A stretch of 64,000 nucleotides of DNA. Origin: an uncultured Actinomycetes bacterium. GTDB lineage: Bacteria > Actinomycetota > UBA4738 > HRBIN12. Below, in pieces: positions 38,144 to 47,597 of the stretch. Below the pieces are notes generated by a model that made no database searches, was not told where the DNA came from, and was given only the letters and a program-made list of their open reading frames with translations. The stretch spans positions 128,552 through 192,551 of the forward strand of contig CAVTGO010000013.1 in assembly GCA_963734275.1 (NCBI GenBank). Direction: 5' to 3'. The first letter of the stretch is position 1; each line of letters starts with the position of its first letter. The translations under genes and the position numbers were made by a program.

Positions 38144-39696
38144 CGAACACGACGGAAGGTGACGTAGGCCGGGTACGGATCTTCGACACGACGCTCCGCG
38201 ACGGCGAGCAGGCCCCCGGGATCGCGCTCACCCGACCAGAGAAGGTCGAGATCGCGGAACAGCTGGCCCGTCTCGAGGTGGACATCATCGAGGCGGGCTT
38301 CCCCATCTCGGGCGACGGCGAGTTCGAGGCCGTGCGCGAGATCGCCACGAGCGTGCGCGGGCCCGTGATCGCCGCGCTCGCCCGCGTGACCCCCGGCGAC
38401 ATCGAGCGCGCCGCGGAGGCCCTCAAGGGCGCCGAGCGCTGGCGGATCCACACGTTCATCTCCACGAGCGACATCCACATGACCGACATGCTGCGGATGA
38501 GCCACGGGCAAGTGCTCGACGCGATCCGCGAAGGCGTGAAGCTCGCCGTCGACTACACGGACGACGTGGAGTTCAGCGCCCAGGACGCCACCCGAACCGA
38601 GCTCGAGTTCCTGCTCGAGTGCTACAAGGTGGCCACCGACGCCGGCGCCACCACGATCAACGTGCCCGATACCGTCGGCTACGCGATGCCGCACGAGTTC
38701 GGCGAGCTCGTCCGGGTGGTCCGCGAGGCCGTGCCCGACGACGTGGTGATCTCGACGCACTGCCACAACGACCTGGGGCTGGCGGTCGCCAACTCGCTCG
38801 CGGGGGTCGTGAACGGGGCCCGGCAGGTCGAGGTAGCCGTCAACGGGATCGGCGAGCGCGCGGGCAACTGCTCGCTCGAGGAGATCGCGATGATCGTGCG
38901 GACCCGCCGACAGGCGCTCGGCGTGACCCACGGACTGAACATCAAGGAGATCGTCCGGACCTCGCGCCTCGTCTCCATGACCACCGGATACGGCGTCCAG
39001 CCCAACAAGGCCGTGGTGGGGGCGAGCGCGTTCGCGCACGAGAGCGGGATCCACCAGCACGGCGTGCTCTCCAACCGCGCCACCTACGAGATCATGGACC
39101 CGCTGGAGATCGGGCTTGAGGGCAACCGGCTGGTCCTCGGCAAGCACTCGGGTCGGCACGCCTTCGCCGACGCCCTCGACAAGATCGGCATCCAGCTCGA
39201 TCCAGAGCACCTCAACCGAGCGTTCGCGAGGTTCAAGGAGCTCGCGGACCGCAAGATCCAGCTCACCGACCAGGACCTGTCGGCAATCGTCTCCGAGGAG
39301 CTCGGCGCGGCCGAACAGGACACCTTCGTGCTCGAGTCCATCGTGGTCGGCGGTGGGACGCACCTGCAGCCTCGGGCCTCCGTCCTCCTGAAGCGGGGCG
39401 AGGAGGTGATCGAGGAATCCGCCATCGGCGACGGCCTGATCGACGCCGCGCTCGGAGCCATCCAGCGCGCGACCGCCGTCGAGGGCCGCCTCGTGAGCTT
39501 CAACGTGAGCGCCGTGACCGGCGGGACGGACGCCCTCGGTGACGTGATCGTCCAGCTCGACGTCGACGGCCGCCGCGTGACCGGCCGGGGCGTGGCCACC
39601 GACGTCGTCGAGGCGAGCGCGCGCGCTTACCTGGCCGCGGTGAACCGGGCGCTGCAGGTCGCGCGCGCGGACGGCGAGGAGACGGTCACCCTGTGA
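38140..39696 (+). CDS. leuA: 2-isopropylmalate synthase
   Basis: [12 protein letters not shown]..., [13 protein letters not shown]-terminal LeuA dimerisation/regulatory domain. ATGA overlap with ilvC. Confidence 0.9.
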   Translation: MTNTTEGDVGRVRIFDTTLRDGEQAPGIALTRPEKVEIAEQLARLEVDIIEAGFPISGDGEFEAVREIATSVRGPVIAALARVTPGDIERAAEALKGAERWRIHTFISTSDIHMTDMLRMSHGQVLDAIREGVKLAVDYTDDVEFSAQDATRTELEFLLECYKVATDAGATTINVPDTVGYAMPHEFGELVRVVREAVPDDVVISTHCHNDLGLAVANSLAGVVNGARQVEVAVNGIGERAGNCSLEEIAMIVRTRRQALGVTHGLNIKEIVRTSRLVSMTTGYGVQPNKAVVGASAFAHESGIHQHGVLSNRATYEIMDPLEIGLEGNRLVLGKHSGRHAFADALDKIGIQLDPEHLNRAFARFKELADRKIQLTDQDLSAIVSEELGAAEQDTFVLESIVVGGGTHLQPRASVLLKRGEEVIEESAIGDGLIDAALGAIQRATAVEGRLVSFNVSAVTGGTDALGDVIVQLDVDGRRVTGRGVATDVVEASARAYLAAVNRALQVARADGEETVTL

Positions 39697-40745
39697 CGCG
39701 CGCCCACACGGTCGGTGTCATCCCCGGCGACGGCACCGGCCCCGAGGTCGTGCGCGAGGCCCTGAAGGTCCTCTCGGCCGTCCGCGAGGGGTTCGACGTC
39801 GGACTCGTCGATTTCGACCTCGGCGCCGAGCGGTACCTGCGCACCGGCGAGGTGTTGCCGGACGAGGACCTCCGGAAGCTCCGCGGGATGGACGCCGTGC
39901 TCCTCGGTGCGGTCGGAGACGCGCGGGTCCGGCCGGGGATCCTCGAGCGCGACCTGTTGCTGCGGATCCGGTTCGAGCTGGACCAGTACGTGAACCTGCG
40001 GCCGATCTTCCGATACCCTGGCGTGAAGACCCTGATCCCCAGCCACACCGAGGACGACGTGAACATGGTCGTCGTGCGGGAGAACTCGGAGGGCCTCTAC
40101 GGCGGCGCGGGAGGCTTCCACCGCAAGGGGACCGAGCACGAGGTGGCCGTTCAGGAGTCGATCAACACGCGCCACGGCGTCGAGCGGATCGTGCGCCACG
40201 CCTTCGGGCTGGCGGCGGAGCGACGGAACAAACTCACGCTGGTGCACAAGACCAACGTCCTCACGTTCGCGGGCGACCTATACCAACGCGTGGTGGACGA
40301 GGTGGGCGAGGCGGACTTCCCCGGCGTCCAGCGCGACTACGTCCACGTGGACGCCGCGTGCATCTACATGCTCGACGCCCCCGCCCGGTTCGACGTGATC
40401 GTCACCGACAACATGTTCGGCGACATCATCACGGACCTCGGCGCGATGATCCAAGGCGGGATGGGCATCGCTGCCGGCGGGAACATCAACCCGGCCGGCG
40501 TGTCGATGTTCGAGCCGATCGGCGGCACGGCGCCGGACCACACGGGGAAGGGAACGATCAACCCGCTCGCGGCGATCGGCGCGCTCCAGATGCTCCTCGC
40601 GCAGCTCGGCGAGTCGGGAGCGGCGGCACGGGTGGACGCCGGGATCCGGTTCGCATGCTCGAAGATGGCCTCGATGCGGGCCGGGGAGATGGGGTTCTCC
40701 ACCGCCGAGGTCGGCGACCTCGTCGTCGAGGGGGCGCTCACATGA
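39693..40745 (+). CDS. leuB: 3-isopropylmalate dehydrogenase
   Basis: IPGDGTGPEV..., NMFGDIITDLGA. GTGA overlap with leuA. Confidence 0.9.
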   Translation: MTRAHTVGVIPGDGTGPEVVREALKVLSAVREGFDVGLVDFDLGAERYLRTGEVLPDEDLRKLRGMDAVLLGAVGDARVRPGILERDLLLRIRFELDQYVNLRPIFRYPGVKTLIPSHTEDDVNMVVVRENSEGLYGGAGGFHRKGTEHEVAVQESINTRHGVERIVRHAFGLAAERRNKLTLVHKTNVLTFAGDLYQRVVDEVGEADFPGVQRDYVHVDAACIYMLDAPARFDVIVTDNMFGDIITDLGAMIQGGMGIAAGGNINPAGVSMFEPIGGTAPDHTGKGTINPLAAIGALQMLLAQLGESGAAARVDAGIRFACSKMASMRAGEMGFSTAEVGDLVVEGALT

Positions 40746-42328
40746 GCGACGACGGCGGTCTGCGCGTCGAGCTGTACGACACCACCCTGCGCGACGGGGC
40801 GCAGGCCCCGGGGATCTCGTATTCGATCGAGGACCGGTTGCGGATCCTCCACAAGGTCGACCAGCTGGGGGTCCCCTACATCGAAGGCGGCTGGCCGGGC
40901 GCGAACCCGCGCGACACCGAGTTCTTCTCGCTCGCCACGAAGGAGACGCTGACGCACGCCTCGCTCACGGCCTTCGGGATGACGCGCAAGGCGGGGGAGC
41001 GGGCCGCCGACAGCGCCGTGCTTCGCGAGCTCCTGGACGCCGGGACCGAGGTCGTGTGCCTGGTCGGCAAGGCCTCGGACCTGCACGTCACCGTGGCGCT
41101 GCGGACGGACCTCGACGAGGCGGTCGCGATGGTGCACGACTCGATCGCGTTCCTCCGCGCCGAGGGCCGCCGGGTCTTCTTCGACGCCGAGCATTTCTTC
41201 GACGGTTACGGGCGCGACCCCATCTTCGCTCTCCGGGTGCTCGCCGCGGCGGAGGAGGCCGGCGCCGAGCGGCTCGTGCTCTGCGACACGAACGGGGGCA
41301 TGCTGCCCACCGACGTCGCGCGCGTCGTGACCGAGGTGCGCGAGCGTGTGACGGCGCCGCTCGGGATCCACGGCCACAACGACGCCGGGTGCGCCGTGGC
41401 GAACTCGCTGATCGCCGTCGAGCACGGCGCGTTCCAGGTGCAGGGGGTCGTGAACGGCTACGGCGAGCGCACCGGCAACGCGGACCTGATCCCGATCGCA
41501 GCGAACCTCGTGCTGAAGATGGGTGCCGCGTGCCTGCCCGAGGGCGCCGTCGAGCGCCTGACCGAGGTCGCGCACTACGTGGCCGAGGTCGCGAACCTCG
41601 CGCCCGACTCGCGCCAGCCGTACGCGGGCCGGTACGCCTTCACGCACAAGGCGGGGCTGCACGCGAGCGGGGTCGCCCGGCTGACGAGTGCCTACGAGCA
41701 CATCGAACCCGAGACGGTCGGCAACCGCCGAGGCGTGGTCGCCTCGGACCTCGGTGGCGCGGCGACCCTTCGGATGAAGGCCGACGTGTTCGGCCTGCCG
41801 CTGGAGGGCGACGCCGTCGCCCGCGTGCTCGAGGACCTGAAGGGGCGCGAGGCACGCGGCTACACCTTCGAGGTGGCCGATGCGTCGCTCGAGCTGCTGA
41901 TGCGACGCTCGGGCGGGTGGGCGCAGCCGTTCTTCCAGATCGAGAGCTACCGGGTCCATGTGGAGGAGCGCGTCGGCGACGGCGAGCCCCCGCTCGCCGA
42001 GGCGACCGTCAAGGTGGTCACCAAAGGCGAGCGCCATATCGAGAGCGCCGAGGGTCAGGGGCCGGTGGGCGCCCTCGACAACGCCCTGCGCAAGGCCCTG
42101 TCGAACGAGTACCCCGAGCTCCGACGAATCACGCTCGAGGATTTCCGGGTCCGCGTTCTCGACGAGACGCACGGTACGGGCGCGGTGGTCCGGGTGCTGA
42201 TCGACACCTCGAACGGCCGCAACGAGTGGACCACGGTCGGGGTCAGCGAGAACATCATCGAGGCCTCGTGGGAGGCCCTCGTGGACGGCTACCTGTTCGG
42301 CCTGCTCCATCCCCGCGACGACGACTGA
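40742..42328 (+). CDS. cimA: (R)-citramalate synthase (CimA; LeuA-like with C-terminal regulatory domain)
   Basis: LYDTTLRDGAQ..., HGHNDAGCAVANS, about 528 aa with the CimA-type C-terminal domain. ATGA overlap with leuB. Confidence 0.85.
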   Translation: MSDDGGLRVELYDTTLRDGAQAPGISYSIEDRLRILHKVDQLGVPYIEGGWPGANPRDTEFFSLATKETLTHASLTAFGMTRKAGERAADSAVLRELLDAGTEVVCLVGKASDLHVTVALRTDLDEAVAMVHDSIAFLRAEGRRVFFDAEHFFDGYGRDPIFALRVLAAAEEAGAERLVLCDTNGGMLPTDVARVVTEVRERVTAPLGIHGHNDAGCAVANSLIAVEHGAFQVQGVVNGYGERTGNADLIPIAANLVLKMGAACLPEGAVERLTEVAHYVAEVANLAPDSRQPYAGRYAFTHKAGLHASGVARLTSAYEHIEPETVGNRRGVVASDLGGAATLRMKADVFGLPLEGDAVARVLEDLKGREARGYTFEVADASLELLMRRSGGWAQPFFQIESYRVHVEERVGDGEPPLAEATVKVVTKGERHIESAEGQGPVGALDNALRKALSNEYPELRRITLEDFRVRVLDETHGTGAVVRVLIDTSNGRNEWTTVGVSENIIEASWEALVDGYLFGLLHPRDDD

Positions 42329-42379
42329 GCCCGTCCAGCGCCGGGCGTGGTGAGCGAAGCGGGCTGTACCCTGTCCGCC

Positions 42380-42889
42380 ATGCGGATCCGCGTGGCCGGC
42401 CCGAAGGACGCTCCTGCGATCGCCGGCGTGCACGTCCGATCCTGGCAGGAGGCCTACCGCGGCCAGCTCACCGACGAGTTCCTCGACGGACTGAGCGCGG
42501 AGGACCGCCTCGATCAGCACCGGGCAACGCTCGAGGCGCCGCGCGCCGATTGGCGGACCTGGGTGGTCGAGGAGGACGGCACCGTCGTCGCGTTCGCGGT
42601 GACGGGTCCGAGCGAAGACGCCGACGCGGACGAGAAGACCGGCGAGGTCTACGCGATCTACCTGGAACCCGAGCGACTCGGCGCCGGTGTGGGTCGCGAG
42701 CTGTTCGCGCACGCCGTCGAGGACCTGCGCGACCGCGGGTTCCACGCCGCGTCGCTGTGGGTGCTCGAGACCAACGAGCGCGCCCGGCGCTTCTACGAGA
42801 TCGCCGGTTGGAAGCCGGACGGTACGGTCGCGAGCGAGCGCGTCGACTGCGAGATGCGCCCGACGGTTCGCTATCGCGTCGAGCTCTGA
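42380..42889 (+). CDS. GNAT-family N-acetyltransferase
   Basis: MRIRVAGPKDAPAIAGVH..., ...GAGVGRELFAHA... acetyl-CoA binding region. Confidence 0.75.
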   Translation: MRIRVAGPKDAPAIAGVHVRSWQEAYRGQLTDEFLDGLSAEDRLDQHRATLEAPRADWRTWVVEEDGTVVAFAVTGPSEDADADEKTGEVYAIYLEPERLGAGVGRELFAHAVEDLRDRGFHAASLWVLETNERARRFYEIAGWKPDGTVASERVDCEMRPTVRYRVEL

Positions 42890-42905
42890 GCCTTCGGCGG
42901 TTCCG

Positions 42906-44135
42906 CTACTTGCCCTTGGCGTGCTTCGCCTGGTCGAGCCCGAGGGCCTTTCCTCGCGCCCACGGAGGCGGGCCGCTCCCCGGCACGTGGTCTCGCTTGT
43001 GGCTCAGGCCCCAGGCCCTGCCGTCGCCGGGCCCGAAGGTGAACCCGTCTCCACCGCCGCCACCGCCGCCACCGCCACCATCCCCGCCGCCGTTGTTGCC
43101 ACCGCCGCCGTTGCCTCCGGTGGTGGTGTCGCCGCCGGACGTGCCGCCTGTGTTCGTGAGGGGCGTACCCCCCAGCACCACGTCGGATCCGCCGCCCGGC
43201 TCGGACTCGTCCTCGAGGACCGGGTACAGACCGCCGAGGATCTGCTGCAGGTCGCCGGAGACGCTCGCCGGGATCCCCGACACCACGGCCTGGAGCCGGG
43301 TCGTGACCTCGGCGTCGAGCCCGCTGATCGAGAAGCCTTGCGCGAGGGCCTGTGCGCGGTCGTCGATGAAGCTCTGCGCCTGCACGGTTGCCAGGACGTA
43401 GTTCCCGCCTTCGATCGCCGCGATCATCGCGTCCATCGACCTGTACGCGGCGTCGAGGGCCGTCTGTTCCGGCTGGGCGATCACGGTGCCGCCGTCGGAC
43501 TGATCGGTCCTGTCGACCGGTCTCGTCGCCGTGTCGGTCCCGATGGTGGTGATCATCGCGATCATCCCCCAGACGACGAGGATCGCCCCGCCGGCGAGCG
43601 TCGTGAGCCGCACCGCCACACCACGATCGCCGTCGCGCCTCGCGCGCAACGTCCCCTTCGTCATCCGCCCCGAGCTCTGGACCATGCCGGCCCTCGACGC
43701 GATGGCGGTGTCCGAGATCGAGTCGTCCGCGCCTGCCCCAGCTCCGACACCCGCCCCGACCAACGCCGGTTCGTGCAGCGAGCCGAGCTCAGAGAACAGC
43801 CGACCGAGGGTCGCCGTGAGGGCGGCGAGGCCGACCCCTTTCTCGAGATAGCCGTCGGCACCGGGGGGGACCCAGCCTTCGCCGGGCGTCGCCGACGTGA
43901 AGACGACGACCTTGGCGTCGGGCGCCTCGCGCCGGATGCGGCCGAGCGTTTCCCCGGGCACGAGCTCATCGTCCACCACGATCGCATCGGGGCGGCCCAG
44001 TCGGATCGCTGGCAGGAGCTCCTCCCCGGTCGTGGCCTCGCCGACGACCTCGTAGCCGTCGTCCTCGAGGAAGCGGCTCACGAGGGCGCGCTTCACGTAG
44101 ATGTTGCCCGCGATCAGGACGCGTATCCGACCGAC
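42906..44135 (-). CDS. receiver (REC)-domain protein with degenerate acidic pocket, one TM helix and a Gly-rich C-terminal tail
   Basis: RVLIAGNIYVKRAL... (GN where canonical REC has DD), ...AIVVDDEL..., then TM GGAILVVWGMIAMITTI and GGGGNNGGGDGGGGGGGGGGDG. Start inferred (GTG). Confidence 0.6.
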   Translation of the reverse strand, partial: VGRIRVLIAGNIYVKRALVSRFLEDDGYEVVGEATTGEELLPAIRLGRPDAIVVDDELVPGETLGRIRREAPDAKVVVFTSATPGEGWVPPGADGYLEKGVGLAALTATLGRLFSELGSLHEPALVGAGVGAGAGADDSISDTAIASRAGMVQSSGRMTKGTLRARRDGDRGVAVRLTTLAGGAILVVWGMIAMITTIGTDTATRPVDRTDQSDGGTVIAQPEQTALDAAYRSMDAMIAAIEGGNYVLATVQAQSFIDDRAQALAQGFSISGLDAEVTTRLQAVVSGIPASVSGDLQQILGGLYPVLEDESEPGGGSDVVLGGTPLTNTGGTSGGDTTTGGNGGGGNNGGGDGGGGGGGGGGDGFTFGPGDGRAWGLSHKRDHVPGSGPPPWARGKALGLDQAKHAKGK

Positions 44136-44326
44136 CAAGATCCTCCCGCCTCCCCTGTGGAACGCCGCCGCTCGTGCTCCCGGCAATCGTAGCGAGAACG
44201 CGCGCGGACCGGGAAGACGATGGTGGCAGGCCTACAGCGGATCGACTACGGCCGAAAGTCCCAAAGGGGGGACGGCCGTTCAGCCGTCTAGGGGGTTCCC
44301 GCGGGAGGCAACCCCGAGGTTCGTGC

Positions 44327-47300
44327 TCAGGAGGAGAGCTCGTTCTCGCGAGTGGCGAGGGCGTCTCGTGCCGTCAGCAGCTCGTCGATGCCTTCCATCG
44401 GCAGGGGCTTGGCGAAGTAGAAGCCCTGACCGAGGGCGCACTTCAGGTCGAGCAGCTTCTCGAGCTGGTCCGCGCGCTCGATGCCCTCGGCGACGGGACG
44501 GAGCTTCAGGATCCCGGCGAGCTCGATGATCGCGGCGGTGAGCGCCGACTCCTCGCCCCCTTCGTTCACGCCGTCCACGAACGATTTGTCGACCTTGAGG
44601 ATGTCCACCGGGAAGCGGCGGATGTAGTTCAGGCTCGAGTAGCCGGTGCCGAAGTCGTCGACCGCCAGCTTGATCCCGAGCTCCTTCAGCTCGGCCAGCC
44701 GCTGGATCGAGAGCTCCATGTCCTCCATCATCACGGACTCGGTGATCTCGATGACCAAGCTCGAGGGGTCGATCTGGGTCTGCATCAGGATCTCCGCGAC
44801 CTCCCCCACGATCTCGGGACGCTGCAGCTGCCGGGCCGACAGGTTCACGGCCATGTGTAGCGGCGGGTCGGCCGGGAAGCGCTGCTGGAGTTGCTTGGCC
44901 TGCTGGCATGCCTCCTGCAGGACCCACTGGCCGATCGGGACGATCAGGCCTGTCTCCTCGGCGAGTGGGATGAAGTCGAGCGGCGGCACCGTCCCACGGG
45001 TCGGGTGGTTCCAGCGCAGCAGCGCCTCCAGGCCCTCGATCCCGCCGGACTCCAGCTCGATGATGGGCTGGTAGTGCAGGACGAACTCGTTGTTGTCGAC
45101 CGCTCGCTGCAGATCCGCCTTCAGCTCCAGGCGCTTCAGCGCGGTGTCGTGCATCGCGGGCTCGAACACCTGGTACCGGCCCTTACCCGACTCCTTGGCC
45201 ATGTACATCGCGACGTCGGCGTTGCGCAGGAGCTCCTCGGCGCCCTCGGGGCCGCTGATCCGATCGGTGTCGGCCGATGCGATTCCGATCGACGCGCGGA
45301 CGAACACCTCCTTGCCCTCGAGGTGGAACGGACCGTCGAGGCTGGTCAGGATCCGCGCCGCGACCTCGGCCGCGTCCACGCCGTCGCCGTCGCCCTCGAG
45401 CAGGATCGCGAACTCGTCGCCGCCGAGACGAGCCGCCGTGTCGGCCTGGCGCAGCGTCGCCTTGATGCGGTCGCCGACCTCGCCCAGCAGGCGGTCGCCG
45501 GCGGCGTGGCCCAGCGAATCGTTGATCGTCTTGAAGTCGTCCAGGTCCATGAACAGGACCGCCACGGGCTCGCCGTCGCGACCCTGGCGCTCCAGGGCAT
45601 GCTCCACGCGGTCCTTGAACAGGGCCCGGTTGGCGAGCCCGGTGACCGAGTCGTGGAACGCCTGGTGCGCGAGCTGCTCCTCGAACGCCTTGCGCTCGGA
45701 CACGTCGCGGGTGTTCAGGACGATGCCCTTGACGTTCTCGTCGTGGAGCAGGTTCGTACGAAGCGTTTCGACGTTGAGCCAGAAGTCGTCGCGGTGGCGC
45801 ATGCGCCACTCGGTGAGCGCCGGGTGTCCATCGCCTTCGCGACGAGCCCCGCTCGTGAGGAACTGGAGCACCTGCGCCTTGTCCTCGGGGTGGATCAGGG
45901 CGATGAGTCGGCTTCCCTCGAGCTCGGCGGCCGAGTGGCCGAGCACGCGCTCGACGGAGGGACTCATGTAGCGGATCGTCGAGTCGGCCTCGACGACCAT
46001 GACCACGTCGGTGGAGTTCTGGACCAGCGAGGAGAAGCGCGCCTCGCTCTGGCGACGCAGCAGCTCCTCGGTCACCGCGGCGCTGTCGAGGGCGAGAGCG
46101 ACCTGCGACGACAGAGCCTCGAAGGCGTCGCGCAGGGCACGCGGCACGCCGGCCGGACCGGCGACGACGAGCAGGCCGCGCAGCTCATCCTTCATGAACA
46201 GCGGGGCGTTCAGGACGAATGCGGCGCTCTCGGGCATCCCGAGGGGGGCCGCGAGCTCGGCCTCGGCGATCGGCACCTCGTAGGAGCGATGCGAGCCGAG
46301 CCGGTCCCGCTTCCACTGGGGCAAGATCTCGAGGGAGAGCGTCTGTCCGGTCGCGCCGTCCTCCTCGCCGCCGGTCGCCGCCACGACGGTGAACTCGTCG
46401 TTGTCGGCGCCCTCGCTCGCGACCATCAGCCGGATAGCCACATCGTCGCCGACCAGCGTGCGGGCGGCGTGCAGCGCGGCCTCGTAGATGCTCTCGCGGT
46501 TCGTGGCGGTGACCAAGGATGCGCCCGCGTTGCGCAGGGCCTTCTCGCGCAAGGCGGAGACCTCCTGCTTGTGCACGAGGCCGGCCATCCGGGCGACCAC
46601 GAGGAGGAACAGGGCGACCGAGGCGCCGATCATGACCGGCATGTCGATCGTGTCCTCGCGCAGGTGCTGCACGAGCATGACGGCCGGGGCCATCAGGGAA
46701 GCTCCGGCGAGCAGCGCCAGCCGCGGCCTCGAGAGCCGCGGCTCGACGTCGGGAGCCTTGTCCGACAGGGTGCGCATGGACATGTGCAGGGCCGCCGCGC
46801 CCCAGAAGAGGTAGAACAGGCCCCATCCGGCCTCGAGGTAGCCCTCCTGGTTGTAGACGATGCCTTGGACCCCGAAGTAGCTGTACACGGTGTCGGTCAG
46901 GAAGAGTGACAGTGCCGCGGCGCCCATCAGGTAGAGGGACGGCGCCTTCTTGCCGGCACCGATCGCGAGGCGGACCACGACCGTCAGCAGGATCAGGTCC
47001 ATGAACGGGTACGCCATGCCGACGAGCTTCTCGATGATCCTGCTGCCCTCGCCGTGCGCGACCGGCGACAAGAGGAACACCCACTGGATCGTCCCGACGC
47101 CGATCGCGACGATCAGCGAGTCGATCACGCTGTCGCGGTCACGGCCGGGGTTCCGGCTACGGATCAGGAGCAGCAGGCCGCCGACCAGGCACGGGTAGAC
47201 GGACAGGTAGAGCAGGTCGCCGATGGATGGATACGGGAGCTCGGTCCCGAAGAACTTGTCGTAGTTGTACGTGATGACGTCGCCGGCCACGAAGAGCGCC

Positions 47301-47494
47301 TGGCCGAGCGCGAACAGGTACCAGGGCAGGCGAACCGCAGGCTTCCACATGCGGACGGCGAAGACGATCGCGACGGGCGAGGAGAAGGCGATGAGGTTGA
47401 AGAACCACCCCTGGCGCATCCCCGGGATGAACAGGAAGACCAGGAGGGCGGCCACGCCCGTGCACAGGTAGAGGAACCACGCTCGCCGCTTCAT
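44327..47494 (-). CDS. multi-domain c-di-GMP signalling protein: polytopic membrane sensor + PAS + GGDEF + EAL
   Basis: 1055 aa. About 9 N-terminal TM helices, PAS region, GGDEF (RLGGDEF) and EAL (EALLRW, DDFGTGYSS) motifs. Confidence 0.9.
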   Translation of the reverse strand: MKRRAWFLYLCTGVAALLVFLFIPGMRQGWFFNLIAFSSPVAIVFAVRMWKPAVRLPWYLFALGQALFVAGDVITYNYDKFFGTELPYPSIGDLLYLSVYPCLVGGLLLLIRSRNPGRDRDSVIDSLIVAIGVGTIQWVFLLSPVAHGEGSRIIEKLVGMAYPFMDLILLTVVVRLAIGAGKKAPSLYLMGAAALSLFLTDTVYSYFGVQGIVYNQEGYLEAGWGLFYLFWGAAALHMSMRTLSDKAPDVEPRLSRPRLALLAGASLMAPAVMLVQHLREDTIDMPVMIGASVALFLLVVARMAGLVHKQEVSALREKALRNAGASLVTATNRESIYEAALHAARTLVGDDVAIRLMVASEGADNDEFTVVAATGGEEDGATGQTLSLEILPQWKRDRLGSHRSYEVPIAEAELAAPLGMPESAAFVLNAPLFMKDELRGLLVVAGPAGVPRALRDAFEALSSQVALALDSAAVTEELLRRQSEARFSSLVQNSTDVVMVVEADSTIRYMSPSVERVLGHSAAELEGSRLIALIHPEDKAQVLQFLTSGARREGDGHPALTEWRMRHRDDFWLNVETLRTNLLHDENVKGIVLNTRDVSERKAFEEQLAHQAFHDSVTGLANRALFKDRVEHALERQGRDGEPVAVLFMDLDDFKTINDSLGHAAGDRLLGEVGDRIKATLRQADTAARLGGDEFAILLEGDGDGVDAAEVAARILTSLDGPFHLEGKEVFVRASIGIASADTDRISGPEGAEELLRNADVAMYMAKESGKGRYQVFEPAMHDTALKRLELKADLQRAVDNNEFVLHYQPIIELESGGIEGLEALLRWNHPTRGTVPPLDFIPLAEETGLIVPIGQWVLQEACQQAKQLQQRFPADPPLHMAVNLSARQLQRPEIVGEVAEILMQTQIDPSSLVIEITESVMMEDMELSIQRLAELKELGIKLAVDDFGTGYSSLNYIRRFPVDILKVDKSFVDGVNEGGEESALTAAIIELAGILKLRPVAEGIERADQLEKLLDLKCALGQGFYFAKPLPMEGIDELLTARDALATRENELSS

Positions 47495-47597
47495 AGTGTT
47501 CCGTATCGGTCGGTGGTGGGTCCGACCTTAGGCGTCGGATGCCGGAAGCTGGGGAGACCTACAGAGGCCGCTGACGTGCGGAAACACGCTTCCATCC

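Noticed and set aside
40364-42745. 793-aa minus-strand ORF antisense to leuB/cimA, and the 708-aa plus ORF 54225..56351 antisense to the histidine kinase
   Set aside because: Low-complexity Arg/Gly/Asp-rich translations. The opposite strands encode well-conserved enzymes.
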